A stretch of DNA of 64,000 nucleotides from Eledone cirrhosa (Eukaryota), in the NCBI GenBank assembly GCA_964016885.1, contig OZ024741.1:336846001-336910000 (forward strand). The letters run 5' to 3'. The notes under the pieces are model-generated. The model did not search any database. It was not told the DNA's origin and saw nothing but the letters and a program-made list of their open reading frames with translations. Made by a program: the position numbers and the translations under genes. Position 1 is the stretch's first letter; each line of letters opens with the position of its first letter. Shown piece after piece: positions 40,594 through 53,943 of this stretch.

Positions 40594-40934
40594 GGAGGCA
40601 CATGACTTAGTGGTTAGAGCATTGGCCTTGCAATCGAAAGGTTGTGAGTTCAATTCTCGGACCGGGTGATGTGTTGTTTCCTTGAGCAAGACACTTTATT
40701 TCACATTGCTCCAGTTTACTCAGCTGTAGAAATGAGATGATAGACTTGGGTCCCTATGATTCCACTGCAAAGTGGTCGTGTAGGTGCCACAGCAAAAAAA
40801 CACCCAGCACTCACTGTAAATGAGGTTGGTGTTAGGAAGGGCATCCAGCTGTAGAAATCAAAACAGAATCAGTTCTCGTCCCACCCTTGCAAGCAGGGAA
40901 AAGTGGACGTAAAATGAAATCAAATGAAAATGAA
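40594..40934 (+). mobile_element. Chimeric tRNA-SINE
   Basis: Plus-strand copy of the 28200-28543 family. Confidence 0.9.
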
Positions 40935-40964
40935 ATAATATATATATATATATATATATATAAT

Positions 40965-41917
40965 ATAATCAGCAGTGGGGGAGGGTGCTCTGAAAGTACT
41001 GTAGCTAGAGTCAGAACTGGTTGGAAAAAGTTCAGAGAGCTTATACCACTATTAGCTGCTAAAGGGTTCTCCCTAAAAATGAAAGGCAGGTTGTACGATG
41101 CCTGCATACGAACAGCAATGCTGCATGGCAGTGAGACCTGGGCATTGTGTGCAGAGGATATACGCAGACTAGAGAGGAACGAAGCTTGCATGCTCCGCTG
41201 GATGTGTAACAGTAATATACGTGAACGGCAAAGCATAAACGAACTAAGGAAAAAATTAGAGATAAGAGGGATCAGATGTTGTTTACTCGAGAGAAGGCTA
41301 CGTTGGTATGGACACGTGATGCGCATGAAAGTCGATAGCTGTATAACAAAGTGCAGGGCAATAAAGATAGACGGTAGTCACGGAATAGGCAGACCTAGAA
41401 AAACCTGGGACGAGCTGATAAACTCCGACATCACACACTTACACCTCTCCAAGACAATGTCACTGGACCGAGACCTTTGGCGGTACTCAGTAACAGAGAA
41501 GACCCGCCTTACCTAAATATATAGTAAAACCTACTCCAGCCAGTAGGCATCTCTAACAAAATACACCCCGTCCCACCACCCCCACCCCCACCCCATCCAC
41601 ACCACCCCGTTCTATGTAAAGTTATGTTGGTGCCGCGCCATCGAGGCCGAAACAAATGAGATCGTGTAGGTGTCATGACAAAAAAACACACAGTCCACGC
41701 TGTAATGTGGCAGTGTAGGCAACACGGTAAAAACCTCCCAGACCCACACTGTAAATGTGGTTGGTGTTAGGAAGGGCATCCAACTGTAGAAAACCTGCCA
41801 GACAGTCCTATGCGAGCAAGACAATCACTCTTGCCTCAAGTGGGACTACCCCCGTCCAAACCCATGCAAGCGTGGAACACGGACGTTAAACGTTGATGAT
41901 GATGATGATGATGATGA
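40965..41917 (+). mobile_element. 5'-truncated RTE-A LINE
   Basis: Open C-terminal frame GGCSES...KTRLT*, 3' UTR and (GAT)n. Confidence 0.92.
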
Positions 41918-41937
41918 TATATATATGTATATAATAT

Positions 41938-42214
41938 CATCATCATCATCATCATTTTACGTCCGCTTTTCCCTGCTTGCAAGGGTGAGACGAGAACTGA
42001 TTCTGTCTTGATTTCTACAGCTGGATGCCCTTCCTAACACCAACCTCATTTACAGTGAGTGCTGGGTGCTTTTTTGCTGTGGCACCTACACGACCACTTT
42101 GCAGTGGAATCATAAGGACCCAAGTCCCTATCATCTCATTTCTACAGCTGAGTAAACTGGAGCAATGTGAAATAAAGTGTCTTGCTCAAGGAAACAACAC
42201 ATCACCCGGTCTGA

Positions 42215-42218
<4 letters not shown>
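41938..42218 (-). mobile_element. Chimeric SINE, head truncated
   Basis: Family match; stops within the B box at (AT)n. Confidence 0.88.
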
Positions 42219-42263
<45 letters not shown>

Positions 42264-42282
42264 ATATATATATATGTATATA

Positions 42283-45200
42283 TGCTGTATTAGCGTTAAA
42301 TTTTCCCTGCTGTATTAGCGATAAATTTTCGAGGGTTTCTCTTAGTAGCTTTTTCATGTCGTTAATATTATGATGTTCCCTGCTGTATTAGCGTTAAATT
42401 TTCCCTGCTGTATTAGCGATAAATTTTCGAGGGTTTCTCTTAGTAGCTTTTTTCATGACGTTATTATTGTTAATTTTACTGATGTAGTATTAACTTATTA
42501 ACTTGGATATTTACCATGCGGTATTCTAATCCTATTGTATCTCTCTCAGTTCCTACCCCCCCCCCCCCCTCTATGCACTTCTTTAAGGCTTACTACCCTG
42601 TCTTTAACCTAATTCATTCAATCTGAAAATATTGAAGAGATAAGACACTTTGCCATTCTTCTCTGCTAAAATGTACCAGTAGAGCTGATTCAAATTTTCC
42701 CAGCCAGCCATCCACCTAATCTACGAAGGTATTTTAGCCTACATATTGTCGTTAATATTATGATGTTCCCTGCTGTATTAGCGTTAAATTTTCCCTGCTG
42801 TATTAGCGATAAATTTTCGAGGGTTTCTCTTAGTAGCTTTTTCATGTCGTTAATATTATGATGTTCCCTGCTGTATTAGCGTTAAATTTTCCTTGCTGTA
42901 TTAGCGATAAATTTTCGAGGGTTCCTCTTAGTAGCTTTTTTCATGACGTTATTATTGTTAATTTTACTGATGTAGTATTAACTTATTAACTTGGATATTT
43001 ACCATGCGGTATTCTAATCCTATTGTATCTCTCTCACTTCCTACCCCCCCCCCCCCTCTATGCACTTCTTTAAGGCTTACTACCCTGTCTTTAACCTAAT
43101 TCATTCAATCTGAAAATATTGAAGAGATAAGACACTTTGCCATTCTTCTCTGCTAAAATGTACCAGTAGAGCTGATTCAAATTTTCCCAGCCAGCCATCC
43201 ACCTAATCTACGAAGGTATTTTAGCCTACATATTGTCGTTAATATTATGATGTTCCCTGCTGTATTAGCGTTAAATTTTCCCTGCTGTATTAGCGATAAA
43301 TTTTCGAGGGTTTCTCTTAGTAGCTTTTTCATGTCGTTAATATTATGATGTTCCCTGCTGTATTAGCGTTAAATTTTCCCTGCTGTATTAGCGATAAATT
43401 TTCGAGGGTTTCTCTTAGTAGCTTTTTCATGTCGTTAATATTATGATGTTCCCTGCTGTATTAGCGTTAAATTTTCCCTGCTGTATTAGCGATAAATTTT
43501 CGAGGGTTTCTCTTAGTAGCTTTTTTCATGACGTTATTATTGTTAATTTTACTGATGTAGTATTAACTTATTAACTTGGATATTTACCATGCGGTATTCT
43601 AATCCTATTGTATCTCTCTCAGTTCCTACCCCCCCCCCCCTCTATGCACTTCTTTAAGGCTTACTACCCTGTCTTTAACCTAATTCATTCAATCTGAAAA
43701 TATTGAAGAGATAAGACACTTTGCCATTCTTCTCTGCTAAAATGTACCAGTAGAGCTGATTCAAATTTTCCCAGCCAGCCATCCACCTAATCTACGAAGG
43801 TATTTTAGCCTACATATTGTCGTTAATATTATGATGTTCCCTGCTGTATTAGCGTTAAATTTTCCCTGCTGTATTAGCGATAAATTTTCGAGGGTTTCTC
43901 TTAGTAGCTTTTTCATGTCGTTAATATTATGATGTTCCCTGCTGTATTAGCGTTAAATTTTCCTTGCTGTATTAGCGATAAATTTTCGAGGGTTTCTCTT
44001 AGTAGCTTTTTTCATGACGTTATTATTGTTAATTTTACTGATGTAGTATTAACTTATTAACTTGGATATTTACCATGCGGTATTCTAATCCTATTGTATC
44101 TCTCTCACTTCCTACCCCCCCCCCCCCCCTCTATGCACTTCTTTAAGGCTTACTACCCTGTCTTTAACCTAATTCATTCAATCTGAAAATATTGAAGAGA
44201 TAAGACACTTTGCCATTCTTCTCTGCTAAAATGTACCAGTAGAGCTGATTCAAATTTTCCCAGCCAGCCATCCACCTAATCTACGAAGGTATTTTAGCCT
44301 ACATATTGTCGTTAATATTATGATGTTCCCTGCTGTATTAGCGTTAAATTTTCCCTGCTGTATTAGCGATACATTTTCGAGGGTTTCTCTTAGTAGCTTT
44401 TTCATGTCGTTAATATTATGATGTTCCCTGCTGTATTAGCGTTAAATTTTCCCTGCTGTATTAGCGATAAATTTTCGAGGGTTTCTCTTAGTAGCTTTTT
44501 CATGTCGTTAATATTATGATGTTCCCTGCTGTATTAGCGTTAAATTTTCCCTGCTGTATTAGCGATAAATTTTCGAGGGTTTCTCTTAGTAGCTTTTTTC
44601 ATGACGTTATTATTGTTAATTTTACTGATGTAGTATTAACTTATTAACTTGGATATTTACCATGCGGTATTCTAATCCTATTGTATCTCTCTCAGTTCCT
44701 ACCCCCCCCCCCCCCCTCTATGCACTTCTTTAAGGCTTACTACCCTGTCTTTAACCTAATTCATTCAATCTGAAAATATTGAAGAGATAAGACACTTTGC
44801 CATTCTTCTCTGCTAAAATGTACCAGTAGAGCTGATTCAAATTTTCCCAGCCAGCCATCCACCTAATCTACGAAGGTATTTTAGCCTACATATTGTCGTT
44901 AATATTATGATGTTCCCTGCTGTATTAGCGTTAAATTTTCCCTGCTGTATTAGCGATAAATTTTCGAGGGTTTCTCTTAGTAGCTTTTTCATGTCGTTAA
45001 TATTATGATGTTCCCTGCTGTATTAGCGTTAAATTTTCCTTGCTGTATTAGCGATAAATTTTCGAGGGTTTCTCTTAGTAGCTTTTTTCATGACGTTATT
45101 ATTGTTAATTTTACTGATGTAGTATTAACTTATTAACTTGGATATTTACCATGCGGTATTCTAATCCTATTGTATCTCTCTCAGTTCCTACCCCCCCCCC

Positions 45201-47870
45201 TCTATGCACTTCTTTAAGGCTTACTACCCTGTCTTTAACCTAATTCATTCAATCTGAAAATATTGAAGAGATAAGACACTTTGCCATTCTTCTCTGCTAA
45301 AATGTACCAGTAGAGCTGATTCAAATTTTCCCAGCCAGCCATCCACCTAATCTACGAAGGTATTTTAGCCTACATATTGTCGTTAATATTATGATGTTCC
45401 CTGCTGTATTAGCGTTAAATTTTCCCTGCTGTATTAGCGATAAATTTTCGAGGGTTTCTCTTAGTAGCTTTTTCATGTCGTTAATATTATGATGTTCCCT
45501 GCTGTATTAGCGTTAAATTTTCCCTGCTGTATTAGCGATAAATTTTCGAGGGTTTCTCTTAGTAGCTTTTTTCATGACGTTATTATTGTTAATTTTACTG
45601 ATGTAGTATTAACTTATTAACTTGGATATTTACCATGCGGTATTCTAATCCTATTGTATCTCTCTCAGTTCCTACCCCCCCCCCCCTCTATGCACTTCTT
45701 TAAGGCTTACTACCCTGTCTTTAACCTAATTCATTCAATCTGAAAATATTGAAGAGATAAGACACTTTGCCATTCTTCTCTGCTAAAATGTACCAGTAGA
45801 GCTGATTCAAATTTTCCCAGCCAGCCATCCACCTAATCTACGAAGGTATTTTAGCCTACATATTGTCGTTAATATTATGATGTTCCCTGCTGTATTAGCG
45901 TTAAATTTTCCCTGCTGTATTAGCGATAAATTTTCGAGGGTTTCTCTTAGTAGCTTTTTCATGTCGTTAATATTATGATGTTCCCTGCTGTATTAGCGTT
46001 AAATTTTCCTTGCTGTATTAGCGATAAATTTTCGAGGGTTTCTCTTAGTAGCTTTTTTCATGACGTTATTATTGTTAATTTTACTGATGTAGTATTAACT
46101 TATTAACTTGGATATTTACCATGCGGTATTCTAATCCTATTGTATCTCTCTCACTTCCTACCCCCCCCCCCCCTCTATGCACTTCTTTAAGGCTTACTAC
46201 CCTGTCTTTAACCTAATTCATTCAATCTGAAAATATTGAAGAGATAAGACACTTTGCCATTCTTCTCTGCTAAAATGTACCAGTAGAGCTGATTCAAATT
46301 TTCCCAGCCAGCCATCCACCTAATCTACGAAGGTATTTTAGCCTACATATTGTCGTTAATATTATGATGTTCCCTGCTGTATTAGCGTTAAATTTTCCCT
46401 GCTGTATTAGCGATAAATTTTCGAGGGTTTCTCTTAGTAGCTTTTTCATGTCGTTAATATTATGATGTTCCCTGCTGTATTAGCGTTAAATTTTCCCTGC
46501 TGTATTAGCGATAAATTTTCGAGGGTTTCTCTTAGTAGCTTTTTCATGTCGTTAATATTATGATGTTCCCTGCTGTATTAGCGTTAAATTTTCCCTGCTG
46601 TATTAGCGATAAATTTTCGAGGGTTTCTCTTAGTAGCTTTTTTCATGACGTTATTATTGTTAATTTTACTGATGTAGTATTAACTTATTAACTTGGATAT
46701 TTACCATGCGGTATTCTAATCCTATTGTATCTCTCTCAGTTCCTACCCCCCCCCCCTCTATGCACTTCTTTAAGGCTTACTACCCTGTCTTTAACCTAAT
46801 TCATTCAATCTGAAAATATTGAAGAGATAAGACACTTTGCCATTCTTCTCTGCTAAAATGTACCAGTAGAGCTGATTCAAATTTTCCCAGCCAGCCATCC
46901 ACCTAATCTACGAAGGTATTTTAGCCTACATATTGTCGTTAATATTATGATGTTCCCTGCTGTATTAGCGTTAAATTTTCCCTGCTGTATTAGCGATAAA
47001 TTTTCGAGGGTTTCTCTTAGTAGCTTTTTCATGTCGTTAATATTATGATGTTCCCTGCTGTATTAGCGTTAAATTTTCCCTGCTGTATTAGCGATAAATT
47101 TTCGAGGGTTTCTCTTAGTAGCTTTTTCATGTCGTTAATATTATGATGTTCCCTGCTGTATTAGCGTTAAATTTTCCCTGCTGTATTAGCGATAAATTTT
47201 CGAGGGTTTCTCTTAGTAGCTTTTTTCATGACGTTATTATTGTTAATTTTACTGATGTAGTATTAACTTATTAACTTGGATATTTACCATGCGGTATTCT
47301 AATCCTATTGTATCTCTCTCAGTTCCTACCCCCCCCCCCCTCTATGCACTTCTTTAAGGCTTACTACCCTGTCTTTAACCTAATTCATTCAATCTGAAAA
47401 TATTGAAGAGATAAGACACTTTGCCATTCTTCTCTGCTAAAATGTACCAGTAGAGCTGATTCAAATTTTCCCAGCCAGCCATCCACCTAATCTACGAAGG
47501 TATTTTAGCCTACATATTGTCGTTAATATTATGATGTTCCCTGCTGTATTAGCGTTAAATTTTCCCTGCTGTATTAGCGATAAATTTTCGAGGGTTTCTC
47601 TTAGTAGCTTTTTCATGTCGTTAATATTATGATGTTCCCTGCTGTATTAGCGTTAAATTTTCCCTGCTGTATTAGCGATAATTTTTCGAGGGTTTCTCTT
47701 AGTAGCTTTTTTCATGACGTTATTATTGTTAATTTTACTGATGTAGTATTAACTTGGATATTTACCATGCGACCCTAATTTTACTGATGTAGTATTAACT
47801 TGGATATTTACCATGCGACCCTAATTTTACTGATGTAGTATTAACTTGGATATTTACCATGCGACCCTCA
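42283..47870. repeat. Higher-order tandem array: about 11 units of about 487 or 585 bp, each 2 or 3 x 98-bp subrepeats plus an about 290-bp block; ends with 46 bp x3
   Basis: Marker ctacgaaggtatt at 42721, 43208, 43792, 44281, 44868, 45352, 45838, 46325, 46908 and 47492. Units are near-identical with variable poly-C. Confidence 0.95.
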
Positions 47871-50800
47871 GTTCCTACCTCACAATTTCCCTCCCCCCCA
47901 CCCCCACACACCACCATAGTCTATTCGACCAATCAAACCTAGCATGCCATTTCCACTGCTGCTGCTGCTACTACCTGCCTAACTAACTCTCTCCTCCTCT
48001 GGCGCATCCCAACACACCCTGCCATTACCCCACCACCACTGTCCTTCTAGCCCTCAATTTTCCCACCGTTATGGATGGATGAGCTGGGAATACACGAGCA
48101 ACTCTGAATCAATAGATGAAATATGAATCTGCGAGCTACCAAGCACCCACGTGAAGCGCCAACCCAGAGACCCTCCCCTACGAGTGTCGACAAATGCCCA
48201 AAACTCCGAGTTGGTACCATCAATGTAGGCTCAATGAAAGGAAGAGCAGGAGAAATCGTAGAAATGCTAGAGCGAAAGGAAGTTGATGTATGCTGTGTGC
48301 AAGAGACTAGATGGAGAGGAGGGTCTGCTAGAGTCCTTGTAGGAAAAAGCCAGTGCTACAAATTTTTCTGGGTGGGAAATGACGATGGGATGGGTGGTGT
48401 AGGTATACTATTAGCTGACAAGTGGGTAGATAAAGTAATCTCAGTGTACAGGGTAAATGCAAGAATCATTAAACTCAGACTAGTCCTGAATAAGACAATT
48501 ACCACAATAATATCAGCTTACGCACCCCAATCGGGGCTGCCAGACGAACTTAAGGATAGGTTTTACGAGTCCCTAATACACACTACTGCTCTAACAGACG
48601 ACAAGGACTTCCTAATCATTGCAGGAGATTTTAACGGACACGTAGGTAAACACTGCGACGGCTTCAATAGAGTACATGGAGGCCATGGAGTTGGCACAAG
48701 GAATGAGGAAGGATTCAGACTTCTAGAATTCTGCGACGCCAATGACATGTCGATATGTAACACAAACTTTAAAAAACCCGACAACCACCTGATCACCTAT
48801 AGATCAGGGGAGCACTCTAGTCAGTTAGATTTTATTCTCATCAGAGGACGTGACAGATGGACGGTCGTAAACACAAAAGCCTTCCCTAGTGAGGAATGTA
48901 CATCCCAACATAGCTTAGTTGTCAGCGACCTCACGGTCAGAACTAGACGAGCCCTGAAACAGAGGCCAACCTGGAGAAGAAAGATCTGGAAGCTGAAAGT
49001 CCCCTCAGCCAGTAACAGATTTAAAGATATTTTACTCAACCCCTACGACAGTAAAGAAGAACAGATAGAGACATTTAACGTAGAAGAGAACTGGGAGTTC
49101 CTAAAAAATAACTTACTAGAGGCGACGGATGAGGTTTGTGGCTGGAGTAAGACCTCAAGCAGGAGGAGAGTGACTTGGTGGTGGAACAATAAGGTAGATG
49201 AAGCAGTCAAGGCCAAGAGACAGGCATGGAAAGAATGGAAGAACGGGGGGAGCAGGGTACATTACATAGAGACCAAGAGGGAAGCTAGGCGACAAGTATA
49301 CTTAGCTAGGAGGGAAGCAGAGGATAGAAAATTCAAGCATGTTTTACAACGTGAGGACCAGAAACAGGAGGTATTCAAGATTGCGAGGCAGTGTGTCAGA
49401 GATAGTTGTGATGTCATTGGAGAGAAGTGTATCCGGAATGATAAAGGTGAGCTTGCCCTCACAAGTGCTGAGAAGAAAGATGCATGGAAGAGTCATTATG
49501 ATAGATTACTAAATGAGGAGAATGCATGGGAAGAAGAGACCCTACCCCACGTAGACCCTATAGAGGGACCAGCAGTACAAGTCAGCGGCAGCGTAGTAAG
49601 TAAGGCAATCAGAGATATGAAGATAGGGAAGGCAACCGGTCCATCGGGTATAGCTGCCGAGATGCTGAAGGCATCTGGGTCTGTAGGTCACACTATAACC
49701 ACACGTATCGTTAACCAGGTAATACTAGAGGGGGCCATACCAAAAGATTGGTGCAGTAGCATCATTGTCAACTGCTACAAAGGTAAAGGCGATGCACTAG
49801 ATAGAGGAAACTATAGAGGTATAAAGTTGATGGACCAGGTCATGAAAGTAACAGAAAGAGTTATAGCACAGCTGATTAGGGACCGGGTGAATATAGACGA
49901 GATGCAATTTGGGTTTGTTCCAGGGAAAGGCACCACTGATGCGCTCTTCCTTGTGAGGCAATTACAGGAAAAGTACCTAGCTAAAAGTAAGCCACTCTAC
50001 TTGGCATTTGTCGACCTTGAGAAAGCCTTTGACAGAGTTCCACGTGCAGTAATCTGGTGGGCTCTTAGAAAACTAGGAGTAGATGAATGGCTTGTGAAAG
50101 CGGTACAAGCCATGTATAGGGGAGCAGTCAGCAAAGTTAGGATTGGCAATGAGTATAGCGAGGAATTTAGCGTACAGGTTGGGGTCCACCAGGGCTCTGT
50201 TCTTAGCCCTCTCCTGTTCATCATAGTCCTGCAGGCAATAACGGAGGAGTTTAAGACCGGATGCCCATGGGAACTCCTGTATGCTGATGACCTCGCACTC
50301 ATAGCTGAATCTATGGTAGAACTAGAGAATAAATTCCAAACCTGGAAGCAGGGACTAGAGAGAAAGGGCCTCAAAGTCAACATGACAAAGACTAAGGTCC
50401 TTATAAGTAGACGAGAAAACAGAACCCAGATCCCCTCAGGGAAATGGCCTTGCTCAGTATGTAGGAAAGGTGTAGGTAGGAACTCCATTCTTTGCCCCAA
50501 ATGCAAACAATGGGTACACAAGAGATGTAGCGGGATCTCAGGAAGCTTAATTAAGAATGTAGGATTCACATGCAGCAGCTGTGCTGAAACAGCAAGCAAA
50601 CAGCCACAGGAAACAAGTACCACCAATCTCTGGGAGGGCCCTGTAGAAACAGTAGACAGCTTCTGCTACCTAGGTGACCGAATTAGCAACGGAGGTGGGT
50701 GCTCAGAAAGTACAATAACTAGGGTAAGAACGGGATGGAAGAAGTTTAGGGAACTACTACCACTGCTAGCTGCAAAAGGCTTCTCCCTCAGAATGAAAGG

Positions 50801-51552
50801 CAGACTGTATGATGCGTGTATCCGAACAGCGATGTTGCATGGTAGTGAGACCTGGGCGCTGAAGGTGGAAGACTTACGTAGATTAGAGAGAAACGAAGCC
50901 TGCATGCTCCGATGGATGTGTAACAGTAATATACGTGAACGACAAAGCATAAATGAATTGAGAGAGAGACTGAGCATAAGAGGAATCAAATGCTGCGTGC
51001 AGGAGAGGCGGTTACGCTGGTATGGACATGTGATGCGTATGAAGGATGACAGCTGCATAAAAAGGTGCAGAGCACTAGAAGTTGATGGAAACCGCGGAGT
51101 GGGGAGACCCAAGATGACTTGGGATGAGGTGATAAGAGCCGACCTTACCCAACTACACCTCTCAAAGTCAATGACACACGACCGTGACTTCTGGCGTCAC
51201 GCAGTAATACAGGGTACCCGACCTCCCATGGGTACATGCTGAAGCATATAAACAATATGCCCCCCCCCCCCCCCCACCGCAAGGTGGTCGTGGAGGTGCC
51301 ACGGCAAAAAAGCACCCAGCCCACACTGTAAAGTGGACGTGTAGGCGCCACGAAAAAGCACCCAGCACTCACTGTAAATGAGGTTGGTGTTAGGAAGGGC
51401 ATCCAGCTGTAGAAATCAAGCCAGATCAGTTCCTGTATGAGCAAGGCATGGTCAGCCGACCAGACACTGCCCACAACAGGACAACCCGTCTAACCCATGC
51501 TAGCGTGGAAGAACGGACGTAAAACGGTGATGATGATGATGATGATGATGAT
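47871..51552 (+). mobile_element. Full-length-looking RTE LINE (subfamily C); may extend 5' to 42283
   Basis: C-rich leader, intact ORF, about 300-bp 3' UTR and (GAT)n tail abutting (AT)n. Confidence 0.9.
48123..51242 (+). CDS. Intact RTE-clade LINE polyprotein: APE endonuclease plus reverse transcriptase with embedded PHD finger (1039 aa)
   Basis: TINVGSM, VQETRW, SAYAPQ, GDFNGHVG and LDFIL (APE); QFGF, DLEKAFD, QGSVLSP and YADD (RT); C4HC3 finger; uninterrupted frame. Confidence 0.95.
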   Translation: MNLRATKHPREAPTQRPSPTSVDKCPKLRVGTINVGSMKGRAGEIVEMLERKEVDVCCVQETRWRGGSARVLVGKSQCYKFFWVGNDDGMGGVGILLADKWVDKVISVYRVNARIIKLRLVLNKTITTIISAYAPQSGLPDELKDRFYESLIHTTALTDDKDFLIIAGDFNGHVGKHCDGFNRVHGGHGVGTRNEEGFRLLEFCDANDMSICNTNFKKPDNHLITYRSGEHSSQLDFILIRGRDRWTVVNTKAFPSEECTSQHSLVVSDLTVRTRRALKQRPTWRRKIWKLKVPSASNRFKDILLNPYDSKEEQIETFNVEENWEFLKNNLLEATDEVCGWSKTSSRRRVTWWWNNKVDEAVKAKRQAWKEWKNGGSRVHYIETKREARRQVYLARREAEDRKFKHVLQREDQKQEVFKIARQCVRDSCDVIGEKCIRNDKGELALTSAEKKDAWKSHYDRLLNEENAWEEETLPHVDPIEGPAVQVSGSVVSKAIRDMKIGKATGPSGIAAEMLKASGSVGHTITTRIVNQVILEGAIPKDWCSSIIVNCYKGKGDALDRGNYRGIKLMDQVMKVTERVIAQLIRDRVNIDEMQFGFVPGKGTTDALFLVRQLQEKYLAKSKPLYLAFVDLEKAFDRVPRAVIWWALRKLGVDEWLVKAVQAMYRGAVSKVRIGNEYSEEFSVQVGVHQGSVLSPLLFIIVLQAITEEFKTGCPWELLYADDLALIAESMVELENKFQTWKQGLERKGLKVNMTKTKVLISRRENRTQIPSGKWPCSVCRKGVGRNSILCPKCKQWVHKRCSGISGSLIKNVGFTCSSCAETASKQPQETSTTNLWEGPVETVDSFCYLGDRISNGGGCSESTITRVRTGWKKFRELLPLLAAKGFSLRMKGRLYDACIRTAMLHGSETWALKVEDLRRLERNEACMLRWMCNSNIRERQSINELRERLSIRGIKCCVQERRLRWYGHVMRMKDDSCIKRCRALEVDGNRGVGRPKMTWDEVIRADLTQLHLSKSMTHDRDFWRHAVIQGTRPPMGTC

Positions 51553-52160
<608 letters not shown>

Positions 52161-53587
52161 CATCATCATCATCATCATTTTATGTCCACTTTTCCCTGAT
52201 TGCAAGGATGGGACGGGTCCTATTCAGCACAGCATCTCTCCACTTGTCACGGTCCTTCGTCATCTCCACCGTGAGCTTCAGCGATCTGAGGTCTGTTCTC
52301 ACCACCTCCGCCCATGTTTTTCGTAGTCTACCTCTACCTCGTTTTCCTTCAACTAGCATTTCCTGGCACTTCTTCACCCATTGGTCATCCTCCATGCACA
52401 TCACATGTCCATACCACCTCAGTCTCCTCTCTCACACACTACATTCTATCCCTCTGAGACACAGTTTCTCCCTCAACACATCCATGCAGGGTTGTTCATG
52501 CACAGTGACATTGCACATCCAACGGAGCATGCTTGCCTCATTTCTCTCCAGCTGTCGCATATCCTTTGCAGTTGCTTCCCAAGTCTCACTACCATGCAGC
52601 ATCCCGCTCCTCATACAGGCATCATATAACCGGCTTTTCGTACGCAGGGAGAAACCCTTCTTCGTCAACAGAGGAAGCAGTTCCTTAAACTTCTTCCAAC
52701 CAGTCTTTATTCTAGATACTATGGCCTCAGAACAACCCCCTCTCATGCTAATCTGATCTTCTAGATACCGGAAGCTATCCACCACTTCTATAGCACCCAC
52801 CTGCATTTGACAAATGTGTCTATCAATGCGACTTCTACTGTCTAATTTCCCTGTACATCTACTGCATACATATTTCTCCCTACATGTTAGTTTACCTGCT
52901 ATCCCACTACATCCCTTGTGTACCCAGGATCTGCATTATGTGCATTTTAGAGAATTTATGCCAGTTCCTTTTTTGCATATCGAACATGGCCATTTCCCTG
53001 ACGGAATCAGAGTTTTGTCCTCTTTTCTACTCATCAACACTTTTGTCTTAGCTAGGTTCACTCTCAGTCCTCTTGCTTGAAACTGCTGTTTCCATAGCCA
53101 GAATTTATTCTCTAGCTCCTCTACTGATTCTGCTATAAGAACCAAATCGTCAGCATAGAGAAATTCTCATGGACAGCCAGTCTTAAACTCCTCTGTTGTA
53201 GCTTGGAGGACTATAATGAACAAGAGAGGGCTGAGGACCAAACCTTGATGTACTCCTACTTGTATCTGGAATTCCTCACTAAACTCCATTCCTACTCTGA
53301 CTTTATTGACAGCAACTCTGTACAAAGTTTGCACTGTCCTCACAAGCCATTCCTCAACACCTAGTTTCCTTAGGGACCACCAGATGACAGATCGGGGTAC
53401 CCTATCAAAGGCCTTCTCTAGGTCAACAAAGGCTAAGTATAGTGGCTTATTCTTCTCTAAGAACCTCTCTTGTAAGAAGAGGGCATCTGTTGTACTTTTC
53501 CCAGGCACAAAGCCAAACTGCATCTCATCTAGTTTGACCCTTTCTCTAATTAGCTGTGCCAATATCCTTTCTGCCACTTTCATAACC
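52161..53587 (-). mobile_element. 5'-truncated RTE-B LINE, disrupted
   Basis: Reverse-complement similarity to 34835-36218, with stops and frameshifts. Confidence 0.92.
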
Positions 53588-53907
53588 TATATATATGTAT
53601 ATAATATATATACATATATATATATATTATATATACAGATGTATATAATATATATATATATAATATCATCATCATCGTTTAATGTCTATCTTCCACGCTA
53701 GCATGATCTCATCATCATTGTTTAACATTTATTTTCCATGCTAGTATATATACTTGTATGTATACACACAATTGTAACAACACTCTTTCTGTCTCTGTCA
53801 GTTTTGCAAGCGATGGCAACATGAATGGACTTGTTATTTTTCTCTAAAAACATTTTGTTCGTATTCCGCGATGCCTGCCCCTTCAATATTTCTAATTTTT
53901 TATTCTT

Positions 53908-53943
53908 TCTTCTAATGAAGGACTAGCGTCCGAAATGTTAAGA
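53908..53943 (+). ncRNA. Decayed minimal hammerhead motif
   Basis: tctt-CTAATGA-a-ggac tagc gtcc-GAAA-tg-TT-aaga; G5 of the core is mutated. Confidence 0.4.

Noticed and set aside
42283-47870. CRISPR-like or coding interpretation of the array
   Set aside because: Spacers are identical rather than unique, there are no cas genes or ORFs, and the context is eukaryotic.
47871-48122. HDV-like ribozyme in the RTE leader
   Set aside because: Expected for some RTEs, but I could not trace the nested double pseudoknot by eye; needs a descriptor search.
49997-51112. Antisense ORFs over the RTE copies
   Set aside because: Shadow frames of the LINE coding strand with no independent motifs.
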